In this document: piece after piece, positions 1-13,421 of the stretch
How positions within the stretch are numbered: position 1 is the stretch's first letter
Layout: each line of letters opens with the position of its first letter
Assembly: GCA_002189035.1 (NCBI GenBank)
Contig: NEEC01000019.1
Span: forward strand, 1,054,001 to 1,118,000
Length of the DNA stretch: 64,000 nucleotides
Direction: 5' to 3'
Source of the DNA: Utricularia gibba
Taxonomy: Eukaryota > Plantae > Magnoliophyta
Translations under genes and position numbers: made by a program
The notes under the pieces: model-generated
Database searches by the model: none
Told to the model about the DNA's origin: nothing
What the model saw: the letters and a program-made list of their open reading frames with translations, nothing else

Positions 1-603
1 TTCAAGTTTGCGTTTGTGTTCCGTTGAAGACTTCATCTTTTTCGGTAAATTGTTGATGGGTCGATAGAAGGAGGGCAGGCGATGAAAAGTTGAAAAACCT
101 AAATACAAGAAACTCCCGGGAAAAGAATTGTTCTGGAAGAATTATGGGAGACGGTTTGTGTATTATATTTGCTTTGAATGTGTTTCGGTGGTACATCGTG
201 ATTGATTTCTGATGTTGGCTTCTTCTTCGTCTTCGTTTTGCTTTTATTATTACCGCCCCATCCCATCCCTCTTGAGGATTCTGGCGATGTATTATGTCTT
301 TTTTTGGGGGGTCTAGTCTATTTCTTGAGGCCTTTGAGTTGCAAGGATCCTTGGGTATGGAGTATGATTTCTCGTGGATGGATCTGGAACTTTTGATTTC
401 ACTGAAAATCAATCACATTTGAAGTAGGGGTTGTTCTGAAGGGGGGGTTTTGCATCTCGAAATCTGTGATAAGTGCATATTTTGAGCTTCTCCTGTCGTG
501 AGCCCAGCGCGCTGAATCTCCTGTGATTTAGTTTGTTTGTATTCTTCTGGGTATTTTTCATGGTTATCTCATACCTGCCGTTTGTTATCTAGAATCTAGT
601 GAG

Positions 604-2373
604 ATGCATTCTGAGGATGACAAAGGCTTTGTGGAGAAGAAAAACAGGAAACGGATGGTCAAGACCGCTGCTCAGCGACAAGCATTGGAGAAATTCTTTA
701 ATGGTTTATGTTCTTGTTATGCTGATTTTTTTCAACGCCTTTGCATTATCAGATGCTGAAATTTGTTCTCTTTTCCTTTTCTTAGAGCACAAATACCCTA
801 CAGAGGCATTGAAAATGCAATTTGCAGAGACTGTGGGCTTGACAGAGAAGCAAGTTTCTGGCTGGTTTTGTCATAGGAGGTTGAAGGATAAGAAGTCAAT
901 GGGTGGGGATAACCACCACACCGGAAAGCAAGAGCGATCCAGTGGAGTGATACAGGATCGGGGCAGCGGGCATAAGCAAGATTCATGCGGTAGCACAAAG
1001 CAAGGAGATGATCGGAATTTCGATAACAAGGAAGTTGAAAGTGGAAGGGTGATGTCAAAAGACTACTCTGCAGTGGATCTTGCACATGAGCATTCCACTC
1101 ACTATGCTGGAAAATATGACTCTGAAGATGATACTAACTCAGGATCTAGCTCCCCTTTTAGGGATATGCCAAATCATCGAGATAGAGGTCCTTTCAGCAA
1201 TGAAAATTTGATGCACCTGATGCCTAAACCAGAACATGAAAGGCGATTGAAAGCTCGGTCTGGTCCATCTGGATACTTAAAACTGAAGGGTCGATTGGAA
1301 AATCCTGCCATAAGTGCAGTCAAGAGACGTCTTGGGAAGCGTTACCGGGATGAAGGGCCTCCTCTCAGTGTAGAATTCGATCCACCACCTCCTGGTGCAT
1401 TTGAATTTCCTATGCAAAATCTGCCTCGTGGTTAGTTAAGAATGATTGATTTCTGCAACTGAAGGTTGATCATTGTGTTTTTTCCATGCCTGATTTCTTA
1501 AACGCTACGTTTTTCGTACTTCAGAAAGGTACTATTCCGGGGAAGTATTCCCCCCTACACCATCAGATGTTTCAAGAGCTCCTCAGAATTTGAAGTTTGA
1601 GGAGGTGAAGTTTTTTATTCTCTATGTATTCTTCTGTCTTGTGAAGCTTAAAAAACTTTCAACATTGGAGCATGTTCTTCATCTTTTTTATCCAAGTTGC
1701 AATCTTGCAGGAGCGTGGAGGCTATGAACCTTCCGTTGGTTCCTTCAACAACCATGTTGATGGACCAAGCTTCAAAACAAGGAATGAGTTTAGCAGTCCA
1801 AATGGATACACGCACCCAACTTTTCCACAAAAGACACCTCCGGGAAACAGTGGTGTGTATTATCCATATCGGGGCTCTTCGGTGGAGCAGCGCGAAGGTT
1901 CAACTAGAAATATTCTGCAGACAAGGCCATGGCCTGATCATTTACCTTCTGGTGGGAAGGTGAGAGAAAACATGAAAAATGAGTACTCTGGTTCCAACCC
2001 AGTGCGGGAAGCCAATCCTTTGAATGATTGTGTATCAAGACCCCTGGCCAATGGATCCTCCCAGCAAGTTTTCAAGGTCTGATGTCGATATGCTGCTCCT
2101 TTTTAGTACCTCTCCTGATCCTGATCATGAGGGTTGCTGATTCTGTTCTCCTTCTTAGCCCCCAAGAAGAATAAATGAAGAGCATCCTGTGAGACAGCCC
2201 ACGCAGGATACCTTCCCGAGAATGTATTCAATTCCAAGGTAAAGCCTTTCAGATGGTAACAAGCATTGCTTGTTAGGAACTCATCTTCAATGTGTTGCAG
2301 GTATGGAAAGGTGTTGCCACCGGACCTTAGCAACGATGTGGAAAGTGCAGACACCAGTTCTTCATATGACTGA
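604..2373 (+). CDS. Homeodomain-like protein (HOX domain related to the RLT/homeobox-DDT N-terminus, no DDT seen); 6 exons
   Basis: ATG at 604. Exons joined by GT-AG introns: 604-703, 786-1430, 1525-1604, 1711-2076, 2159-2238, 2301-2373. Spliced product gives KTAAQRQALEKFFNEHKYPTEALKMQFAETVGLTEKQVSGWFCHRRLKDKK (homeodomain), LGKRYRDEGPPLSVEFDPPPPGAF and C-terminal ESADTSSSYD*. Confidence 0.85.
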
Positions 2374-2836
2374 AAATGGTGCCAAATGTTCTGCAAACGT
2401 AGCCTCAGCAGATGTCAGGGACGTAATGTGCATTAGCTGGGCTGGTTTCTAGACGTGGCCTTCAGAAATCATCACCTGTATCTGTATTCAAACACACGAA
2501 TCACTTTAGCTTTATGTGGTTATAGCCCTTGTTTAAGGTTCATGCTCGATGTAACCATGGGAATGCCAGTATCTCAGATCCTGTAACACCTGTAGCATTG
2601 CAAATCCCCAGATTGTTATTGGGGAATGGAAGTTATGTAGATTTGGACGAAACCTGCAGTGCGGGTAGTGTCTCTGAAATCTAAGCTTATATAAGAACTC
2701 ATTGAAAAACGTGCTACATAGAAAATAGTGCTAAAAAGATGCGCCTTTGACTCCGCTCTGTTTTTCTTTCTCAAAAGGCTGGAAATTGTATTACAACAGT
2801 CTGCTGCCCACAAAGTTGGTGATGGAATTCGTGCTC

Positions 2837-4877
2837 TTACTCTGTTTTCTTGTCCACCTCGCTGGTTTCTGCCTCTTCTTGGCTCTCAGCCGTCTTCGTC
2901 TCATCGAAAGCTAACAACTGCAATAAAGTTGAACTGTGAATCTCTGAATCCAAATGTTGCATTCGAAGTTATGTTTGATGCCAAGTGATTAATGGCATTG
3001 TGTTGTTTATGAAAGAGGAAACTACTAGCTCACGGGTTTCACATCTCCATTCCAAATGCAGTGTGCAGCTAGGAATCCAATCACCGCAGGAACAATGTAC
3101 AAAAGTGCAGGCTGAGAAAATAGACACTCAAATTACCAGATTATGATGATGAAACAAAAGAAGGCCTTTGTGAAATGGCATGCTTTGACAAACCTGTGCG
3201 GCTTGAAACCAATTCATCACGAAAATTGTTAATCCCAAGCCAGCTGTATAGCCCACAAAAGCACTCTTGAAATATTGGCTCTCTTTCCCTCTCGAAACGT
3301 CGAACCTCAAAGCTAATGCCACGAAAATGCCTGCATATGGAGCAGCCACAACACATAGCTGGATTGATTATTTTCCAACTTTGCAAACCGATAGTTGAAA
3401 AATTTAGATACTATCATACCTGGAATCACAATATCTCCTAGCCCTAACATAGAAAATGGGCGTGTGGAATCTGATGTTGGGAACAAAAGCTGAAAAACAA
3501 AAGATTGTTAATCTGAATAAAGAGCGCTTTTCATTACTTCGGGAGAAGTCACAAAAATTTTACCTTTATTGGAGCATCAAAGGACTTGGCAACGCTGACC
3601 ATGACAGGAGTGAAAAACACCCAAAATATGTCATAAAAGAAAAGTCCAGCCTGAGAATTAGATACAACAATTAGTTGAAAATGAATTTTTTTTTTGAACA
3701 AAAACGTATCATTGCTACAGATGTAAATTTCAACATCCTCTATCTTCAGTAATGAAATGAAACAAAAATAATAAATTATTCATACTAATAGTATAGCACC
3801 GGTCTTGAATGAGCCCAGTGAAAGCATTTCGATTCCCTGAAATTGGATGCAAAAAGAGTAAGAAAATGTCAGAGCAGTTTTGCTTCAAAAATTTGGATGA
3901 TAGGACATGAAAATGAGACTGGTGGCTGCATGGCAGTTCCGTGACTTCTTTCACAACAGCAACCAAGGCTTCGTCAATAGATGAAGATAAAAATAATCAA
4001 ATAAGTTAAAGGTGAGCCCGTTTGACCTGAATGCAAAATGCAAGCCCTAGAATATTGTTGGCCAACCAGTGCTTCTTTGAAGCATACCAAACACAAAATG
4101 CGGTTCCAGGAATAGCAGAGACAATCTGTGAGATGGTAAACTCAACATCGAATGCTGCCAGAGGAACATTAAAGTATGGCATTAATGCATGATCAAAATG
4201 TTGGAAAAAAATTAGAAAAAGTAGGATACTTACATTTAACAAAAGGGAAACGCCACATGATAACATTGTCATTCCATGGTTGTGGAAGAAACTTTTTAAT
4301 TGCAGGTAGAAGTGTTGCTCTACACACAAGACTTGTCAGTCATTATCTGGAACAAATTTCGTGTAAGGAGATTAAATGAAATGCAACTGGTACTCACGAG
4401 AGAGCAGCTACTCCAAGCACAAAGAAGTAACATGTCAACACGGCATTAACCAAATCTTTTGACAGAAACTTAAAAAGTAAAAACAGCGACAACAACATTG
4501 CACTCCCGACAAATGGAAACCGCATCGCGTGTGCATTGGACATTGCTTCCTGTGAGAGTTAAAATTGAACCACAAAATAAGAATTGCATTCAAAAAAGCA
4601 ACAATGATCAATAGCTGCAAAAGACATTTACGACTCTCAACTTACCGCTGGCGGAGTTGGCTTCACAGACCGATAGCAACCCACGTATACAGTAAGACAT
4701 GCTGTAAGAATAACGTTTACATTCGGATCTACCTTAACAGCAAGTGGAGCCAGCGCTAAACCTGAACGCAACAGTGGGTAGTCACTACAGAAATCACAAT
4801 CTATCAAGTGAAAAAGATAAAAAGGAAATGAATATACCTGCTAGGGCTAGATTCGCAAGACGCTCATTATTCTTCAT
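2837..4877 (-). CDS. SPP: Signal peptide peptidase (GxGD intramembrane aspartyl protease), multi-exon
   Basis: Start MKNNERLANLALA at 4877. Spliced exons contain GLFFYDIFWVFFTPVMVSVAKSFDAPIK (catalytic YD), FSMLGLGDIVIPG (GxGD) and QPALLYIVP (PAL motif). Stop TAA at 2837-2839. Confidence 0.95.
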
Positions 4878-5494
4878 TATGAATTACAAGCTCCCGTATC
4901 GCTTCTCCACCCGCCAAACAAACAACACTACTGAACAGAAAAACAAGCTAAAATATAAAAAACTAGCAGAGATATTAAACAAAGATCAAATCTTTTCGAC
5001 TCATCGTCAGCGAAACATAATTCTTCCCGAAGATTAGGACATACATCCAATAAACTATCAAAAAACCATTATATGCCCAGAAGACCAAAAGAACTCTCAA
5101 ATCCGCGGATTTCATTACCAAAAACAATGCATCCATTTAGACAGATATATCTTACGACAATTCAACCATTAAGAAAGATCTCGGTAAAAACCTTGAATAT
5201 GAGAAAGATATTCCTATATCCAGCAGATCGGGCCTTCGATTGGCGCAATTTCTAGCAGGAAAAGAAGGGTTTTTTTGACTGATTTTATTCCCAGAGACCT
5301 CAGAGCTTCCAAGGTACCCTTCGGCCTTCGCTGCGGGAAGAAAGAAGCCTTTTTTCCGCATAAGGATCCACGTCCCGTGACCAATAATCAACTGCCACGT
5401 TTATTTTTCCTTTATTAGTTTTGAAGCATATTTTTAATTTTCTTGTAGAGGCGGGCGGCTGAAAGCCTGAAGCATTGTAGTGTTGAGAGGAAAG

Positions 5495-7651
5495 ATGGTT
5501 TCAGTACGTCTTCAATTGTCGCCGGCGGTACGGCAGCCTGTTCTCCGCCGTGGTAGACGCGGATTTTCTTCTCAGGTGGGCTCAGTTTCCACTTCACGGC
5601 AGACCCTTACACCGGATTCCTTTCTGATCGAGAGGATTTTGTGGGCTTTGAAGAGAGGTCAGTCTATCAACACTCATGCACTTAATCAGCTGAGTCCATC
5701 TGCATATGTGCAAATTCTTATTGAATGCCGTGAAAATGTGAATCTTTGTCAGAAATTTATTGATGGGTTTTCGTTAAATTGCCCGAATTTCAGGCATTCT
5801 TCCTTTTCAATTTGCGCCGCGGTTCATGTGCTTGTTAGGAGTAGAAGGGTTTCTGATGCCCAAGTCTTGATTTTGCGGATGATAAGGAAAAGTGGGGCTT
5901 CTAGAGTTCAGATAGTTGATTCATTGCTGACTATTTCTGAGAAACTTGGGCCAAGTTCAGCAGTTTTAGATTTATTAATTAGGACTTATGTGCAGGCAAG
6001 GAAGTTCAGGGAGGCAGTTGAGGCTTTTCGGCTTTTACGGTTTCGAAATGCATGCATCTCGATCCATGCCTGTAATTGCATCCTTGGAGGACTTGCTAAA
6101 GCTGGGTGGTTTGATATGGCAAGAAATTTGTATGAAGAGATGGTGAAAAACAGAAGAGATTTGAATGCTTACACACTTAACATCATGGTAAATGTATTTT
6201 GCAAAGATGATAAGATGAATCATGCAGAGGAGTTTCTAATGGCAATGGAGAAAAGAGGCATTTTTGCTGATATTGTGACGTATAATACATTGATCGGGGC
6301 ATATTGTCGAGAAGGAGACATTGAGAAAGGCTTTGATTTGATGAGGTTGGCAAGGGATAAGGGCTTAGAGCCATGCTTATTGACTTATAATTCAATCATT
6401 AATGGTTTGTGCAAAAGTGGACAGTATATGGCAGCAAAGGAGGTTTTAAATGAGATGAGGAAAAACAGGATCTACCCCAATACATCTACTTACAATACAT
6501 TACTGACTGAATGCTGCATGAAGGAGGATGCAGTGGAGTGTGAGCGAGTGTTTGATGAAATGTTTCAGCACGGTGTGATTCCAGATTTGGTGAGCTACAG
6601 TTCGATTATCGGGTTTTTTGCACGAACAGGACGTCTCGACTGCATGATCAACTATTACAAGGATATGGAGCTCAAGGGCTTGATCCCGGATAAGGTCATT
6701 TACACGATTCTGATAAGTGGATACAGCAGACATGGGGCTGTTGCCAATGCAATGAGAGTGCGTGATGAAATGGCAAGACGAGGCTGCCTCCTGGATCTCA
6801 TAACATACAATTCTCTCATGAATGGTCTGTGCAAAGAGAGGATGATTTGTGAAGCAGAAGCCTTTTTCACTGAGATGTTAGAAAGACATGTGTCTCCCGA
6901 CTTCTGGACCTACACGACTCTGATAAACGGGTATTGTCGGGTTGGAAATGTGGAAAAAGCATTCAATTTGTTCCTCTCAATGCAACAGAAAAATCTGAAA
7001 CCAGACATTGTCACGTACAATGCATTGATCCATGGATTCTGCATGGCAGGAGAAATGGAAAGAGGCATGAGTCTGAAGGAAGAAATGGTGTCTGTCTCCA
7101 TACAACCAAACTGCATCACCTATGGAACTCTAATAAACGGATTCTGTAACAACGGTTGTCTCTCTGAAGCCTTCCAACTCTGGAATGAGATGACTGACAA
7201 AGGAATCAATCCCAACATCATCATCTGTAATTCCCTGATCAAGGGCTACTGCAGACAAAACGACACAAAAAAGGCAATATCGTTTCTCAATAAGATGAAA
7301 AGCCGAGGTATCCAACCTGATCAGGTTACATTCAACACGTTGATTCACGGGTTCCTGAAGGAGGAGAATGTGGGGTCAGCTCTGGAGCTGCTTATTACAA
7401 TGGAGGAGGATGGAAACATGGTTCTGGATACCATTACATATAACGTCCTCGTCAATCAGTTTTGCAGGCTGGGAAGAATGCAGGAAGCCATTTCAATTTA
7501 CAGAAAAATGCTACGGAAAGGAGTGAATCCTGATAGAAGCACTTATGTTAATTTGATAAATGGCTTTGTTTCCCAGGAGAACATGACAGAAGCATTTCGA
7601 TTCCATGATGAAATGGTGCAAAGGGGTTTTGCTCCTGATGATAAATTCTAG
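5495..7651 (+). CDS. P-class pentatricopeptide repeat protein, single exon
   Basis: Uninterrupted ORF with tandem 35-aa P motifs (e.g. DIVTYNTLIGAYCREG, PDQVTFNTLIHGFLKE). First ATG at 5495. C-terminus EAFRFHDEMVQRGFAPDDKF resembles Arabidopsis At5g01110 as recalled. Confidence 0.95.
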   Translation: MVSVRLQLSPAVRQPVLRRGRRGFSSQVGSVSTSRQTLTPDSFLIERILWALKRGQSINTHALNQLSPSAYVQILIECRENVNLCQKFIDGFSLNCPNFRHSSFSICAAVHVLVRSRRVSDAQVLILRMIRKSGASRVQIVDSLLTISEKLGPSSAVLDLLIRTYVQARKFREAVEAFRLLRFRNACISIHACNCILGGLAKAGWFDMARNLYEEMVKNRRDLNAYTLNIMVNVFCKDDKMNHAEEFLMAMEKRGIFADIVTYNTLIGAYCREGDIEKGFDLMRLARDKGLEPCLLTYNSIINGLCKSGQYMAAKEVLNEMRKNRIYPNTSTYNTLLTECCMKEDAVECERVFDEMFQHGVIPDLVSYSSIIGFFARTGRLDCMINYYKDMELKGLIPDKVIYTILISGYSRHGAVANAMRVRDEMARRGCLLDLITYNSLMNGLCKERMICEAEAFFTEMLERHVSPDFWTYTTLINGYCRVGNVEKAFNLFLSMQQKNLKPDIVTYNALIHGFCMAGEMERGMSLKEEMVSVSIQPNCITYGTLINGFCNNGCLSEAFQLWNEMTDKGINPNIIICNSLIKGYCRQNDTKKAISFLNKMKSRGIQPDQVTFNTLIHGFLKEENVGSALELLITMEEDGNMVLDTITYNVLVNQFCRLGRMQEAISIYRKMLRKGVNPDRSTYVNLINGFVSQENMTEAFRFHDEMVQRGFAPDDKF

Positions 7652-7821
7652 CACTTCCGGATGTGCTTGGTCTATTTATTACTGGTTCCTGGATTCCTTG
7701 CAAAATGCAAATTCTAAAGATCCCGTCGCCCAATTTAGTGATCATATGTAGAAATAGATACAAAGTGCTGGTAGAAAGCCTCATCTGTGGACGAAAGAAT
7801 TTACAAGGAGAAAAGGGATTA

Positions 7822-10800
7822 TTAGTTCCATGAGGGGGAAGAAGGCTTGAAAATGAACTCCTGAGGGATTGCTCCATGGTTCACATCCAGGTTATGCAGT
7901 TGCTCCATCAGCTGAGATCTCCTTTCTTTGAAAAAATCTAGTCGTGTCGTCAGCTCCACCAAGGTTGATGATGCTGCAGATGGATGATCCATCACCTGTG
8001 AGCAAGGGCATGGGTACATGTTTGCATCATGAGCTCATTGAGCAACAGTTATGTATAATATTTCAATACCTCAGCTACTCTAGAAGTAGAGGGTGCAGAA
8101 TTAACACAGCGAAGTCCATCTTTCAATAAACTCATGGATGCGACTGTGCTTTTGGCATCGCTCAAGCTTAGAGGTGACTCAGTGTACTGCTTCTCCGGAA
8201 GGGTCCTACGTCCATTGATGGAGGCAAGTAAATTTACCTTAGTACTTCTCATATGTGCCCAGAGAACTCCTGAGACATAACAAGGAAGCGTGAGTAAGTT
8301 TGCTGGGCTATTGCTCAGAAATGAAGTAGAACTTTAGACGTTCCGCGCACAAGAGGAAGGAAAGCAAGTAAAATCATATCGGGAATGACTGTCCACCTCT
8401 GTTCTTTGTCTACTACGTTCGTGGTTACAGACAGCAAGCGTAGTATCAAAATCATGTTGCTGCAGATATTTCCTGCATTCAGATTAATGGCATATAAGAA
8501 TGAATGCATAGCAAGATGCAGAATCTGATGTGAAAACTACGGTTATAATTGGGACACTTCTGCATCAGAGTGATGAAACAAGTTACACTAGCTCCCCGCA
8601 GACTGAAGAGATACCATGGATTTTGACTCACTGGTGAGAACTTGGATTTGCAGGAATCTGATGCTGATAACAAGCATCAGAGAGGGAGCTGTGGTGGTGC
8701 TGACGCTGCTGACTTAGCTGCTGATGAAGCTCAGCCACTTTCTGCTTCAATCTGGCGACATCAGCTTCAGCTAGAGCTATTTCTTTGAGCTCAGCCCTCG
8801 TCTTTGCAACAAACAAATTTCAACATTTTTAGAACTAATACTGCTTTGGATGGAGGAAGAAACAAAAGGGATGTGACTAAACACCTTGGAATCCATAGCG
8901 CGAGACCCTGATATTTGCCCAGAAGACATGCTCAAGCCAACCTCCAGAGCAGCTCGCAGATCTCTCTCAGCTTGTAGCTGTTCCTGGAGTCTTGCTACCT
9001 GATTATAGAAGCCATATGTTAATAAAAAAAAAAGGGAAGAAAATTATGGGTCTTGTCTTCTGTTCACGTCAGCAACTAAATGTACAAACACAACCATAAA
9101 CTCACATCTTGCTCAAGAGCCAACCGCCGCTCATGTAAAGCTTGCTTCCTTCGCTCCAGGCTAGCTTGCAGAATTGCATTTCCTCTTGCCTAGTTAATAT
9201 GATGCAGGATTACCAAACATTGCATAGTGCCATGAAAGCATTAATTTGGAAACTCTTTACACTCACCTCTTTTGCAATTCTGTGACGCAAATCATTCTTT
9301 GCAATCTCCAATCTCTGGATAACAAGCCTATCAAGAAATCATTTCACTATATTAATGTGTTTCAAGGAGAGAAAACTATACCAATTGCAGAAACTTTTCA
9401 AGAACTACATTATCAATCAAAAAATGGGATCCTTTTGGGCTAGATTCACTATCAAGTCTCCAGTGGTGATGCAGTAATAAGGTTATTACAAGACAATCAC
9501 TATACCAAACACAACAGAAGCGGTGACCAGAAATTTCAGCGGGCTAATGGGAAACTGAGGATGCTTTTTTTTTTCTTGGAAAACAATGTAATGCAGATCA
9601 GACTAGATGGAATAGCATGGTGAGATGATCTTACTCTTCTTCGCCAGATGAATCAGTTGGTTCAACAGCAGCTTTCCTTGACTGTATGAATTCAAAAGTC
9701 AGTAATATGGTTGCAAAAGATCAATCCAGATGGTACACAGTGATCCATCATTAAACACAGGGGGAGCAAAACTCACATTATTCCGTCCCCAAAATGTGGA
9801 TCTTTTGGCACTTCCAATATTCACATTTGAGACCTTTGGCATCGAAATCTCTCCCAGTTGCTCAGTTCTAGGAGCTGGATGCAACTCCTGGTTCATAGAC
9901 AACAAAATTTGGCCCACTGATCGCTGAGACTCGAAACCATCTACTTCCACTGAAGGGCCTGTCCCATTTTCATACACCGGATTAACTTCAACACTTGACT
10001 CAGAAAGAACTCTGGAGTCCAAGTTTGCATTCGATTTTGATCTTGAGGAGTGGTTTTGTGCAGGTGAATGACCATCTGAATCATCATTATGCAGAGACTG
10101 ACATTCAAAAACACAAAAGAGGCAGATTTAGTAAGCATTGCATGATAAAATCTGAACAAGAGAAGATACAACAAACCCCAAAATTATCAAAGAGGACAAT
10201 CCAAAATCATATTTTGGCAATGGTAGGAAGAGAGGCAGAACCTTAAAATCATAAAGATCGCTTGGGGTGAACCACTGGTTTCGCTAGATTTTCCACTGTG
10301 CCTGCGATCATGCTCAAGATCTGATTCAAGGTCAGCTCCATTTTGAACATCACAATAGCCGTCGAGTTGGATTACAGGATTCTCATCATCACTAGTAACC
10401 TCACTTCCAGATTGATCATTTCTTGAACCCATGGAAATGGAAAAACTCTGTAGGCTGTCGCTCTGAAAACAAATAATTTTAAAGAAGAAAACTCATTCTT
10501 GATGCATGAGGATGAGTTACTGCAGCACATTAAAGAATGATCAATATTCTTAAATCTATTTGCGGACTAGAAGTGCATACTTACATCAAAAATAGAGGCA
10601 TACTCGTCCAGGAGTGTAGTGATTATTCCTTGAGCAAGATTAGCAGCATTAGCAGCAGCAAGAAGCTGCGCAGAACTATCTCCATGGGCCTCATACTCAT
10701 CTTCTAATTCGCATTCACCAGCTAGAAGAGGGCGCAGCAGCAATGGAGCCATACAAGCAGCAACAGCCGATGATGTCATCCGATTTTCAGATGAATAAGA

Positions 10801-13421
10801 ACATATCGTATGCATCATCTTCAGAAGTCTAGCGATTAATTTCAATAAAGCACATAAGCATCTGGTCAAGAATTATTTATAAAGCATTACAAACAAGTTT
10901 CTATACCTCTTTAAGAGGCGCCTATTAGGTTCTGGAAAGGCCTCCTGTATTGTAGAGCGCATGGCATTCACTCGTGCTTCTTTTGGGTCAATTTCTTCCC
11001 AAAGCAAGCACACACAAAAAAAAAAGATGTCATGAAAAATTAAAAAACTCCCAGAAGTTATAGATACACAAACTGCATGAAGTTCTACACATACTGTATG
11101 CCTCCAACAATGCAGTGCAACAAGATGCAGGAACAGGAGATGATGGCAGTTCTCGAAGAACATGCTGCAGAAACAGGAAAGTGCACATGAGCTAAATAAT
11201 TAGATAACAGAAAAAAAAAATTCTAGAGATTGTCACTAGACCTTAACACAATCTCCAACAACATGAGCATCCTCATCTGTGTCAAACTCAGTTTTGCCTA
11301 CAGTCCATGGAATTTCAAAATTGGTTAAAAAATTCAGTAATTATATAGCAGGTAAATAAATGACTCAAAAAGATGATATGTAAAACCGCAGATCATCAAA
11401 TTTAACATTTTTTCACACCACAGACTTCATTTTAACAGTGCTACTTCACCCCTTTGAAGAGAAAACACAAAGAGCATCAGGACAAGAATCAAGCAGACCA
11501 ATAAAAAAGTGCACCTTGTTCATATTCTTGGACTCTTCGTTCCACTTCCTCAACATCAGCAGCCTGCCGAAGAATTCCTTCCACTTTGATACCTGTCACA
11601 AATATAATCAGTACAAGCATTAGCGCAACAACACCTGCTGTTAGTTCTTGAGAATTACACAAGCCAGAAAGCTAACCCCGTGTCTCAAGAAACTGGAGTG
11701 CTTTCTCAAGGAAGGATGGGCCTCCATCTATATCTTCTAAGGCAAGCAGAATTGGACGCCCGACAACCACAGACTTGACGAATTGCTTGTCTCTCCCTGA
11801 AAACAGACAGGAGATCAGGATTGTAGCAGAAATAACGATTCAGTGGATGTTAGAGACATTATCTTTTGATGACAGTTAATCAAAGTTACACACATTGATA
11901 GACAGGGCCTTCAGTATTCGCATCACTTCTAAATATCCCATTGTGCTCCATGACAAGAGCAGCATTTGGTGCTTGTGCAAGAGCATTTTCCAGTGCTATC
12001 TTCCATTGATGCAAATCTTCCAAAGTTTCAGCCTGACATTCAAAAGACAAACCAGATAGCATGAGATTAGGAGAAACATAAAACAGTGAATTACAGAGAC
12101 GGATACAGAAAAAGCATCCATGCATCCTTCACCTTAAGAGTAAATGCTCGACCATCCCGTCCATCAGGGAACAAAACAGTCAAGAGTTTTTTGTCTTCTC
12201 TAATGACGACACTGCAAAGAGAACGATGTCAAATCATTGTGTGAGACAGTATACACAGCAGTCACCAGAGGCAATCTGTTAATACCTTCCAGAATTATTT
12301 AGATCAATTCCACCAAGTGTCAAATTTACTTCACCACCATGTTGAGGAATTGCACTCTGAACAATTCACATGCAGATTGTTGAAATTAAACATACAAAAA
12401 TCGAAATGATTAACAAATCAAGACTCATCCAGGATAATGGAAGGGGAGGATCTGAAGGCATATAAAGATAAAGCATAAAGACTCACCGGGTCATTCTTGA
12501 AGAAAACCAAGGAAGTACGTGTGAGGATAAACCATCGCTTTTTCCATAACTTCCAACCCAAACCTGCAAGATGTTTAAAAATTTAACTGTCCATGGCAGC
12601 AACATGAAGAGCAGCTTCCCATCAGAACACAATGTGGACCAAATATATTCATAAACAGATTCATTATATCCCACTTCGAACATCATCATTTAAACAAAAA
12701 TGCGAACCATTTCTATTAAATACAATTGAATATATGTGAATGTGAAAGTGGCAAGTACAAGACCGGCGACCTAAGCACAAATTGAAAGGAAAGTCTACAA
12801 ATATTCACGCCAAATACAAAGGCGTACCTCAACCCCCATATCCAAGGTTACATTGATAGCGAAAAAGAAAAGCAAAAATGACAGAAATTTAAATTCCAAA
12901 TCCATCAAACAAAGAGAAGCAAACGAAGAAGTAAATCGAACTGTTTGATGTCATATCCACATGTACTTATCACAGCAATAGCTTAGTCTACAAGGCAGCC
13001 ACAAACAATCAATTGTGATTCACACGTAACCACGAATCGCTCTGTGAAGTCCTATTTGGAGTTGAGACAAAATAATAGCAAAAGGACTGCATCTAAAGAC
13101 GCAATCAGAAAGCACTAACCTTTTGACGATATGAGTAGATTGCCGCTCTTGAAAATCTAGAATGCATACCAAGAGAACAACATCAAGAAAAAACAATCGA
13201 AAACGAGTAATCCCCTTGTAAAAGGAACAGAATCTATTACCAAAAACTTGTTAATAAAAAAGAAAAAGAGCTTTCAACTTAACCCAGAAAAAAAAAAGAA
13301 AGAAACACCCCCGATACACCCACAAACTACAAGCAGCACCATACAAACAAGGATTCTTCAAAGATACCGTATTTGAGTTCCCTCCACGAGGACGCTCAAA
13401 TGCCGCAAGAGAAGCCGACAT
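7822..13421 (-). CDS. PH-domain Rho/ROP GTPase-activating protein (PHGAP/REN1 family) with C-terminal coiled coil, multi-exon
   Basis: Start MSASLAAFERPRGGNSNT at 13421. PH exons include VGSYGKSDG/WKKRWFILTR and AETLEDLHQWKIALENALAQAPNAAL. RhoGAP exons include ENRMTSSAVAACMAPLLLRPLLAGECE. Coiled coil ARGNAILQASLERRKQALHERRLALEQD. Ends KPSSPSWN*. Confidence 0.93.

Noticed and set aside
2-412. 136-aa minus-strand ORF
   Set aside because: Low-complexity antisense reading of pyrimidine-rich leader/intron-like sequence upstream of the homeodomain gene; no recognisable domain.
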